A stretch of 64,000 bases of DNA from Mobula birostris (Eukaryota). The stretch is taken from contig NC_092383.1 in assembly GCF_030028105.1 (NCBI RefSeq), positions 98,355,604-98,419,603 of the forward strand. The letters run 5' to 3'. The position numbers and the translations under genes are program-made. The notes under the pieces were generated by a model, which saw only the letters and a program-made list of their open reading frames with translations, searched no databases and was not told the DNA's origin. Shown one piece after another: positions 13,401 through 22,900 of the stretch (position 1 is the first letter of the stretch; each line of letters begins with the position of its first letter).

Positions 13401-15377
13401 TGCCTGCAGCAGAGGAGACTGACTGGTGACCTGATAGTGATATACCGAATCATGACGGACATACAGAGTGGATAGTGAAACACTTTCCCCATGACAGGTT
13501 TCCAGAATCCGAGTGCAAAGGTTAAAGGTGAGGAGCGTGAGTGTTCTTGTTGACACAACTCTCACAACATTTAATATGAGCACTTGAATCACCCAGGTAT
13601 GAGATAAGCGTTCATCAATTGGCTTTGACTGGAAGGATTAGCATGAACATGATAGGCCTTTTTCTGTGCAATATAATTCGTGATGTCTGTTCACGTGCAA
13701 TAAAAGTAAAATACCAGGACTGGGGTTTAGACACAGAGCAAAGCTCCCTCCATACCGCCTATCACCATGGACAGATATAGTCATTGTATTCCTGGGTTAG
13801 ACCAACGAGGGAGCACATCTCTTTGTCAGCCTTGTCCAGGAACTTGTCTCCTGTTGATGTCTCAGATGTTCTTCATTTTCTGTTCTCTAGCCTCCAGGAT
13901 TCCCATGGCCTTGATCGCAATATCGTGCCTCATCTGTGTGATTCTCTGCATAATTGTCATCTATATATACTGCAGAAAATGCAAGAGTGTTTCCCTTACA
14001 GGTATGATGTACCCTTTGTCACAAACGATGTGTGTCCTACTTCATGTAACACTCTCTCAGTGCTCCCAACCAGCCCCCTGAAATTCCTTTCAGAAATGTG
14101 CTCCCAAGGGACCGCTTCCATTCTTTCACCGCTTTCTGAATCCCCACAGACCTTACCAACCTACACTGACAGCCTCTGGTTCTCCCCACGAACGGAACGT
14201 CCCCACTACATCCCACCCCTTACTCAGGTTAAAAACTCCACCGGAGTGCCCCCTCATCTCTCTTAATCACAGGTGACACCGCTTTTTCCCAAGATACAAC
14301 CTGGGTGCCCGTAGGCTCCGTCATTCCCTCCTTTCCCGCTCTATCCCTCTTCTCCACGGCCTCGCTGCCTGGTGGGGTGACTTCCAGTGATGTCAGAGTC
14401 CACTTTTGATAACGACTGTTTCTCAACCCCTTTTCAACTCATTTCCTCTCAGGAAAAAATGGCCTCCCTATTCCTGCTCCCAAGATGGACCGTGTTCACT
14501 TTAACTGCGTATGGGTAGCCCTGTGCTGGCACCAATGTGATGCAGAAGCCAGAACTGCAAGGTTGCTCCTGGCGTGGTTTATCCTGACGGGAGATGAAGC
14601 AGATTGGCACTGTCCTCCTTGGAGTTTAAAAGAACTAGAAGTATTCTCCCTGAAAAGTCCATACTCCTTACAGAATGGTGTTTTCCCTGGCTGGGCATCC
14701 AAACCAGGGGGCACAGTCTCAAAATGTTCTGGGGTCAGTAACTGGTATACCACTGGGCAAACATCAAGTTTCAGATTCTGCCCCGATCGCAGTTGTTCAC
14801 ATTCTCAGACCACAATCTGTTCTTTTGCTGACAATTCTCATTACAGACAGGAGTCAGGGGAGTAGACATGATGGATCAAGTGCCCTCAATGACTACGTGA
14901 GTCTTACCATATAATTTCATAAACTGTGGAGGGGTGGAGGGGACAAAGAGGATTTTGGAGATGTGGTGGGATCTACAGAAATAGGGATGTAGGAGCCAGG
15001 GGGCGTGAGAGATGCGAAAAGGCATTGTGGGGTGGGGAGATGTAATGTTAGAGTTCGATGAACCTTGGGCAGTAAGGTTGGGAACAGGATGACTGTTAGC
15101 TGGGACGGGATCTGGTAATGAGCCATGAGGGAGAGAGAATCAGACTGAGTATGAGAAGATGGACGATAATGGTGCATTTGGGCTGGGATCAGAGATCACG
15201 TGGTGAAGGTGCTGCAGATGGGGGGGGGGCAACACAGCAGACAAGCTGGGGTTCACAGCGAGCAGTTGGTGAGGGTTACAGCAGTACCAGCAATAGAGTA
15301 TGCATCTTCATTCACAGGAGAACATTGGCCAGGAGGAGATCGCAACAGTCTACACCACCATTCAGAAAATTTCATGA
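1048..15377 (+). CDS. CD2/SLAM-family (SLAMF-like) type I membrane receptor, about 300 aa; model join(1048-1120,4784-5119,7407-7679,13891-14001,14847-14896,15318-15377)
   Basis: All junctions are GT-AG and phase-compatible (1,1,1,1,0); 903 nt open frame. Signal peptide + V domain without the canonical disulfide + C2 domain with Cx5C...YxC...NPVS...C + TM + tail with TVYTTI ITSM. A specific mammalian orthologue cannot be assigned. Extra tail exons near 14273 or 14453 are possible. Confidence 0.85.
1377..1405. repeat. (CT)n microsatellite within a pyrimidine-rich tract
   Basis: ctctctct run. Confidence 0.9.
1645..3241. repeat. C-rich minisatellite, about 36 units of 40-55 bp
   Basis: Nearly invariant core CACATACTCACTGTGCTGGGCTCCCTTCC followed by one of two variable poly-C tails. 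Confidence 0.97.
3693..4165. repeat. 46-bp purine-rich minisatellite, about 10 copies
   Basis: GAGGGGTGTGAAGGGGCAGTGAGCAGGAGGGGAGAGGTCAGAGGTT. Confidence 0.95.
4170..4606 (-). mobile_element. CR1 LINE 3' fragment
   Basis: [19 protein letters not shown] on the minus strand plus CR1-type 3' UTR. Confidence 0.85.
4784..5119 (+). CDS. SLAM-like receptor Ig V-type domain exon
   Basis: Acceptor tcctcttccag, donor G|GTCAGT; EVSW, TLWINSVKWEDAGTYIVTV, LRVY; no B/F-strand Cys, a CD2-family hallmark. Confidence 0.88.
5440..6105 (-). mobile_element. Two tRNA-derived V-SINE-like elements (about 5440-5706 and 5812-6105)
   Basis: Reverse-strand A/B-box-like GTAGTGGTTA...GGTTCAATTCCC and V-domain-like GTGGGTTTCCTCCCACAGTCCAAAGA. 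Confidence 0.65.
7407..7679 (+). CDS. SLAM-like receptor Ig C2 domain exon
   Basis: Acceptor ccacccgcag, donor G|GTAAGT; EPVSNVTV...SCNVTLRCS...FGW...YACTVWNPVS...HAC. Confidence 0.9.
7720..8110 (-). mobile_element. CR1 LINE 3' fragment
   Basis: Reverse-strand CR1 3' UTR (gggccgaagggcctgt) and degenerate ORF2 C-terminus. Confidence 0.7.
8570..9350 (+). mobile_element. CR1 LINE 3' fragment
   Basis: [17 protein letters not shown] motifs; (TCTTATGT)n tail. Confidence 0.88.
11890..12370 (-). mobile_element. Degenerate hAT transposase C-terminal dimerisation-domain remnant in an AT-rich tract
   Basis: GTFQVSSADCKYRFSLMNSIKYKSGNRLEVEHLEDLMRIK resembles the hAT pattern P.SSA.CER.FS.M..IK...RNRL...L..LM.I. 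Confidence 0.65.
12697..12978 (+). mobile_element. V-SINE-like SINE
   Basis: Degenerate tRNA-like head, V-domain, aataaa tail; related copy at 57970-58246. Confidence 0.6.
13891..14001 (+). CDS. SLAM-like receptor transmembrane exon
   Basis: Acceptor ttttctgttctctag, donor G|GTATGA; ASRIPMALIAISCLICVILCIIVIYIYCRKCKSVSLT (hydrophobic helix plus basic stop-transfer). Confidence 0.85.
14847..14896 (+). CDS. SLAM-like receptor cytoplasmic exon (DRSQGSRHDGSSALNDY)
   Basis: Acceptor ttctcattacag, strong donor TAC|GTGAGT; phase 1 in and phase 0 out links the TM exon to the ITSM exon. Confidence 0.65.
15318..15377 (+). CDS. SLAM-like receptor terminal exon with ITSM (ENIGQEEIATVYTTIQKIS*)
   Basis: Acceptor tcttcattcacag; TVYTTI matches TxYxxI/V; stop TGA at 15375-15377. 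Confidence 0.8.
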   Translation, partial: ENIGQEEIATVYTTIQKIS

Positions 15378-18300
15378 GCATTTTCTGGTCTCCTCAGAGC
15401 ATATTCCGCCCTCTCCAAACAACTCTGGACAGCTCCTCAGCTTATTCCCTTCCCACACCCCACGGCCAACCTGACACCTGCATCAGTGACCAGGATCCAT
15501 CACCCAAATCACTCCTGAGGGAGAAGAGCAACTGCAATTCCCACATCACCTCTGTAAGAACAAAGGGAAGGAACAAACTGGCCCACCCTGCATCGGGGCT
15601 GAAAATACTTTGCTTCTAAGCTGCCATGCCATTGATTCAGCATGGTGCATGGGGAACCGATCAAGCATCTGCTTTGTCCTGAATGGTGCTAATCTTCAAA
15701 AAGTTGTTGGACAATGCAGACAAGTGGAGAGTATTCTATCATACTTGGAAATAGGGGAAAGGCCTTGGGTATCAGGAGGTGAGACACTCCCCACAGGATC
15801 CCCAGCTCTCATTGATAAGCATATGGACTGAAGCTTTCCTGATGTCCTGTATTTTCATCCCTGCTGAGCCATCTGTCAATAACACAAACCCTGGAGACAT
15901 TCCCAGTCAGCATATGCAGGCTTTCCCTAAATAAATTTGAGAATCATGGTAAACCTCTAAACTGGAAAAGATCTGTAGACAAAGTCATCTTAGTGGGAAT
16001 ATGATGTATGGTTGCCATTTTTTTCTTGTGATCTGGATGTCATTGGCTGAGAAGGTGATGAGCTGCCTTCCTGGCCCACTGCAGTCTTTCTGGTGACGCA
16101 GCTTTCAGTGCTATAGTTGAGAGTGTTTCAGGAAGTAGATCCAGTGTTGATCAAGGACCCATGCCAGGATGGTGAGGAGTATGAACAGAAACCCACAAGT
16201 GCTGCTGCACCCCTGTTCTTGCTACCCTTGTCCTCGGAAGTAAAGTTGAGATTAATCTGGGCAAGTAACTACACTGCTTTTGGTAAGATGATGCATTTGG
16301 CAAGCAGTGAGACAGAATATACAGATGGTGGTGTGGGGTGGGAAGGAGTGTGTGAGGGTGGCTGGGGGAGAACCAGCATGAGTGGAAATCAAGAGTGGGA
16401 CGTGAGTGAGGAAGGCAGTGAAGGAGAGGGAATAAGTGGGAGAGTAAAGTTGGGTGAGGAAAAGAGGCATGTAAAGATAAGGGAGTGCCCAGAAGAGGGC
16501 AAGAGAGAGCAACAAAATCTGGTGGAAGATTTTGTTGAGCAGCATCTGGGAAGTAACTGTAACGTTTCAGGTTAAAATCTGATGCAGGATCTCGATCCAA
16601 AAGTCATTTCAATCCCCCCACCTGATGCTGTTTGACCTGTAGAATTCCTCCAGTGGATTGCTTGCTGCACAGGTTCTGACATCCGCAGTCTCATGTCTCC
16701 GGAAATGAGGGAGGCAGTGTGCTGCTGCCATCACTCCCACTATCTCCACGTCCCCTGGTCTCATGGGGTTTACATCCCTGGATCCATTCAACATCAGCCA
16801 GCGTCCCTTCCACCTCCCTCTTCTATATGTTAACAAAACTCATCCTCACTCCCTTCTCCAACTGGCCCAAATCAGCCAGCCCCCTTCAATGTGTTCCCTG
16901 CTCCAGCCAGGAAATGCCCCAGCTCCTCCAGTGCTAGCCCGGGGCTGGAGCACCCTATCTAGGGCACCCCCTTTAGCATACCCTGCCTGTCCTTAAGTCC
17001 CGCCAGCATGAGATGGAAGACTGGGGCTGAGGCTCGCCCCGGAGGGGAGTCCGAGCTCAGGACACCTTCTGCAGCTTTTCTCACTGCTTCGAGTAGCATC
17101 CACTATTTCCCTGTCCAATCTCCCAGTATATTTGCGGTCTGCTTATGGGCCTTCTCGCTACTTACAGGGCCATTAGACTTTCCAAAGGATGTTGAAGTCA
17201 TTGCAAGCATTACGCAAGAGTGTGAGCTGCAGAAAGACTGTCAAATACTTTACCTAATATGGTATTCAAGAGAGCCATCACCCCCACTACTCACTCAGTA
17301 TTGTGGGCAGCTCGCTAGACACACCAAGCTGTTTATTCAGAAATAAGCAACGAGGGCAGGCCACAGAGAAGTTCCTGGGGGCGGGGTTACGTTGACCGAC
17401 TGCACAGACAAGTCCCAGTATACCAGGTTAGTACAAGCACAGAGGCAATGTGAAGCTCCCCAAAGAGAGGCAAAGAGAAAGAGTGAGCACATGTGACAAG
17501 GTGCAGGTGGAAGATGAAACGAGACACCCCATCAAGGGGAAACAGCCTTTCCACACCCACCTTGTCAAGCTTTGTAAGAGGTTTCAATGTGTCAGTGAGA
17601 TCATCTCTCGTTCTTGTAAATTCTAGACAGGACCGTCCCAGTCTGCTTCATCTCTCCTCATGATAGCCCCCCTCCCTCCCCCCCACCACAGAATCAATCT
17701 GGGGAACCTTTGCTGTGCTCCCTCTAAAACACAAAGATCTTTTCTGAGCTGAGGAACCCAGACCTGTAAACAATTTTCCAGTCTTGGTCTCCCTAGGGCC
17801 CCGAAAAATTTGAAAAAAACCCTCAAATCATGTTTGAGTAAAAGGCAACATATCATCTCCCCCCGTCAGGTGAGTAGTCTTCAACGATACCCAGGTTCCC
17901 CTCATCACCAACACTCCAGCCCCTTTCCAACCTGCCATCAGAGTCTTGTTCTGTCTAAATATTTGAGTGCCTATCACCTTTGGTAATCGAACATTGTGGA
18001 GCATTCTAAAGGTGCATATCTAGGTAAACAGCACCCACTGCCTCCTCCCCGGTGAAATGCAGGAGGCTAAATTAAGACATGGCCTCCATCTTCAATGTCC
18101 CTGCTGCTCTTTCCAGTAATTCCTTGAGGCGCTGTTGCTGGTGGCTGGAATTCTGGGTGGTTCTCCAATCTTTCCCGAGATACGGTGCTATCCTTCAGAT
18201 ACTCAATGGGAAGCCATTCAACCGCACCGCCTGTTAGGAACAGGTCACAGTTCCGATGCTGATCACACAGAAACGGCCTGTCAGCCTTGAGGTACTTACA

Positions 18301-18682
18301 GAATACAAGGCCACCTAGACACTCTCAAGCCTCATGGGACAGCAGGAGGCAATTCAGCCCCTCTAAAACCAATTACAAAGTAGCAAGTGGCCATTCAGCC
18401 TGCAACAAGGGGACAGGGGAGCTCAGAGACAGAGAGAAAGCCTACAAGGAATCAAGAAACAAATTCTCAGTCTAGAGTGGGTCTGATTAATTGATGAATT
18501 CCCTTCACACTGATAGTGCAACCTCAGATGTGCAACTCACCCAGCCCTAACAGGTCACCTGTGGGTCCAAATAGTCTACATTACCCCTTTTCAATTCACT
18601 TCCATTTTTAAAAGTTTACACTTAAATTGGAGATTAATTCTGAACAAAAATGAGTCACAAGCGATCTGTATTGTATTGACAG

Positions 18683-19020
18683 GTGTGGAGGGAGCTGCAC
18701 TTTGTGTCTGACCCGTGCCCTGAGACTGTGTGATGGGACAGCGTGGAGGGAGCTTCACTCTGTGTCTGACCCACGCCCTGGGAGTGTGATGGGACAGTGT
18801 AGAGGGAGCATCACTCCGCGTCTGAACCCAGGAGTGTGTGATGGGACGGTGTAGAGGGAGTTTCACTCTGTGTCTGACCCGTGCCCTGAGACTGTGTGAT
18901 GTGACAGCGTGGAGGGAGCTTCACTCTGTGTCTGACCCACGCCCTGGGAGTGTGTGACGGGACAGTGTAGAGGGAGCTATACCGTATCTGATCTGTGTCC
19001 CAGCAACGTGTGTGATGGAC
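18683..19020. repeat. About 55-bp minisatellite, about 6 copies
   Basis: GAGGGAGCTTCACTCTGTGTCTGACCC...GTGTGATGGGACAG; related degenerate units at 28865-29140. Confidence 0.88.
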
Positions 19021-19612
19021 AGAGGCTGTTATTCCTTCTTCTGCCCTTTGCCTATACAGAGCACAAGGAGAACGGAAGAGATTTTCACAAGGCAGAACAG
19101 TTCACAGCTCTGATTATTTCCTTAATACCACAATCAAGTTGAGCAAGTGACCACAATGCGGCGAGCATGTGAGGGTGGAGGGAGCCAGACTCTCAGCTGA
19201 GCAGTACATGTCCGTTCTCATGTGCCAGTTTGCCTTCAGTGTTCACTGCCATGGCAGGATGGCCGCCTTCTCCCGCCATTCAGAGCTCACTGCTCCTCTC
19301 TCCGTACAGCACTCCAAACTCATCTCAGATGGGAGCCACTGAGCAATCAGGCTGCACGTCCCTGGGGTACGGCAGAGTGAAGGGCTGGGAGGGTGGGTGA
19401 TAGACCAAGAACTGGGAGCCCAAGGAGTTGGGGTGGGCAGGAGAACTGGAGAAAGAATGAGGAGGGCTGTGGTGGTGGCGGGGAGGGGAGGAGAAGTGAA
19501 AGAGTAAGTGGTTGATAGAGAGAGTGGAAGGGGGAGGAATGAGACTTCTGAATCCCTCCCCACCCTCCCTCAGCTGGTGTGGTGGGGGACAGCTGCCCTT
19601 TGCCCTGCACCC

Positions 19613-19989
19613 TCAGGGCCCGTGCTGCAGCATGAGATTGCGCAGCAGCCGCTGCCGACCCGCTGTGTAGTCATCTTCGTCCACATTGACCAGGAGCTTG
19701 ATGGCCTCGTGGCCCACGGCCTGCTTGAGCGAGTCAGTGATAAAGACGCCCTTCAAGGCTTCTAGCAGTGAGCCATTGATGTAGTCCCTCCAGAAGGCAT
19801 CCAGGTATGTAAGCTCGGAGAACTTGATGTCACAAATGATGGAGCCTAGGTCCCGGGACTTGAGGATGGTGTTGGCCTGTGCAAACCGCTCAAACTGGCG
19901 CTCCAGCCGCCCAGGCTTGTTGGAGAACACATTGCCCTCCAGCGCCGTCTGGTGCTGACAGTACTCGGCCCTCACACGCAGACGGATGT
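19613..19989 (-). CDS. DEDD: DEDD last coding exon
   Basis: Acceptor tttttctactcag; [13 protein letters not shown]...[11 protein letters not shown]. Confidence 0.97.
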
Positions 19990-22900
19990 CTGAGTAGAAA
20001 AAGCACAGGATGAATGCAGGGGGCAGAAAGGGGGATGAAGGGGAGGGGAGGCAGAGGGCAGATTACATGGAGAAGGGTGGGGTTGAGGTAGCAAAGAGGG
20101 TCCATGGGAAAATTTGGCTGTGTGGAATTAGAATTGACTCGCTCACAGAAGGCATAGCACGTACTAAAATCAATACACAATATTGAAAGGACAGGCAGGT
20201 CAGCAGATGGGGTGGCATGGCTCTATTGGCTTAAAAAAATCATATCTTTAGAAAAAGGAGACATAGGATTGAAAGATGTAGAATCCTTGTGAGTAGAGTT
20301 AAGAAACTGCAAAGGTAAAAAGACCCTGACACAAGTCAAAAGAGGAAGAGGCCATTTGGCCCACAATATTGTGCTGAACCAGCTAGAAAGCAAATCAAAA
20401 ACACCCAGATACTAATCCCTAATCACTAGAAGTTCGAGAATGTCAAGGGGCAGGAGTGAGTGTGGTTGATATTACTATGGAGAAGGTGCTCGGGAAGCTG
20501 AAAGGTCTGAGGTAGATAAGTCACCTGGACCAGATGGATTACAGCCCAGGGTTCTGACCGAGGTAGATCAAGAGACTGTGGAAGCATTAGTAGCAATCTT
20601 TCAAGAACTGCGAGATTCTGGAAAAGTTCTAGAGGATCGGAAAATTGCAAGTGTCACTTCACTCTTTAAGGGAGGGAGGCAAAAGAAAGGAAATTACAGG
20701 CTAGTTAACCTGACTTGGTGGTTGGGAAGATGCTGGAGTCTGACAGGAGGCAAAGGGTGGGGCTAGAGGGGGTATGTTTCTGGCTGCCTGCCAGTCACTA
20801 GATCTTTTCCACAGAGGTGTTGGGACTGTTTCTTTTCATGTTACTTGGCAATGATCTGGATGATGAAACTGATAGCTTTGTGGCCAATTTGTGGACAATT
20901 CAAAGATAAGTGGAGGGGCAGGTAGTATTGAGGAACCAGGGAGACTGCAGAAGGACCCAAGCAGACTGGGAGAATGAGCAAAGTAGCAGCAGATGGAATA
21001 TCGTGGAGGAAGGTGTACTGTCACGCACTTTGGTAGAAGGATTAAAGGTAAAGGCCATTTTCTAACTGGGGAGAAAATTCAAAAATCACAGGTACAATGG
21101 GACTTAGGAGTCTTTGTGCAGGTTTCACTAAAGGTCACCTTGCAGGTGAGTTGGTGGCAAGGAAGTCAAATGCAATGTTAGCTTTCATTTGCAGAGGACT
21201 AGAATACAAAAGCAAGGACATACAGTGGCATGCAAAAGTTCGGACACCCCGGTCAAAATTTCTGTTACTGTGAATAGCTAAACGAGTAAAAGATGCACTG
21301 TTTCCAAAAGGCATAAAGTTAAAGATGACACATTTCTTTAATATTTTAAGAAAATTTTTATTTCCATCTTTTACAGTTTCAAAATAACAAAAAAGGAAAA
21401 TGGCTGGAAGCAAAAGTTTGGGCACCCGGCATAGCAGTACTTAGTAACACCCGTTTGGCAAGTATCACAGCTTGTAAACGCTTTTTGTAGCCAGCTAAGA
21501 GGCCAAAAAGTTCAAAGGAACATCTACACAAGCCTGATGCATTCTGGAAATAAGTCCTGTGGACTGATGAAGTTAAAATAGAACTTTTTGGCCACAATGA
21601 GCAAAGGTATGTTTGGAGAAAAAAGGGTGCAGAATTTCATGAAAAGAATCCCTCTCCAACTGTTAAACACGGGGGTGGATCGATCATACTTTGGGCTTGT
21701 GTTGCACCCAGTGGCACAGGGAACACTTACTGGTAGAGGGAAGAATGAATTCTATTAAATACCAGCAAATTCTGGAAGCAAACATCACACTGTCTGTAAA
21801 AAAGCCAAAAGTGAAAAGAGGATGGCTTCTACAACAGGATAATGATCCTAAATACACCTCAAAATCCACAGTGGACTACCTCAAGAGGTGCAAGCTGAAA
21901 GTTTTGCCATGGCCCTTACAGTCCCCTGACCTAAACATCATCGAGAATCTGTGGATGGACCTCAAAAGAGCAGTGCATGCAAGACGACCCAAGAATCTCT
22001 CAGAACTAGAAGCCTTTTGCAAGGAAAAATGGGTGAAAATCCCCGAAACAAGAATTGAAAGATTCTTAGCTGGCTTCAAAAAGCGTTTACAAGCTGCGCT
22101 ACTTGCCAAAGGGGGTGTTACTATGTACTGCCATGCAGGGTGCCCAAACTTTTGCTTTAGGCCATTTCCCTTTTCTGTTATTTTGAAACTGTAAAAGATG
22201 GAAATAAAGAAGTTTTCTTGCTTAAAATATTAAAGAAATGTGTCATCTTTAATTTATGCCTTTTAGAAATCAGTTCATCTTTTACTCACCTAGCTATTCA
22301 CAGTAACAGGAATTTTGACCAGCGGTGCCCAAACGTTTGCATGCCACTGTACATGCTGAGGCTTAACAAGGCATTGGTCAGCATGCGCTTGGAGTATTGT
22401 GAGCAGTTTTGGCCCCCTTATCTAAGAAAAGATGTGCTGGCAATGTAGATGGTCCAGAGCAGGTTCACAAGAATGATTCTGGGAAAGAAATAATTAAAAT
22501 ATGAGGAGTGTTTGATGGCTCTGGGCCTGTACTCAGTGGAGTTTAGAACAATGGGTGAAATGCATCAAATATTGAAAGGTCTAGATAGAGTGGATATGGG
22601 GAGAATAATTCCTATTCGAGTGCCTCTAGGATCAGAGGGCACAGCATCAGAACACAAGAACATCCCTCAAGAACAGAGATGAGGACGAATTTGTTCAGCC
22701 AGAGTGTAGTGAATCATTGGAATTCATTGCCACAAGTGGCTGGAGATAAGTCACTGGGTACATTTAAAGCAGAGGTTGATATGTTCACGATTAGTCAGGG
22801 TGTCAAAGGTTACGAGGAGTTGTCAGGAGAATTGGGTTGAGAGGGATAATAAATCAGCATGATGGAAAGGCCCAGTAGACTCAATGGACTGCATCTGAGA

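Noticed and set aside
16117-17346. Several 70-150 aa ORFs between the two stop codons
   Set aside because: No recognisable domains or consistent splice structure; probably 3' UTR/intergenic sequence with decayed repeats
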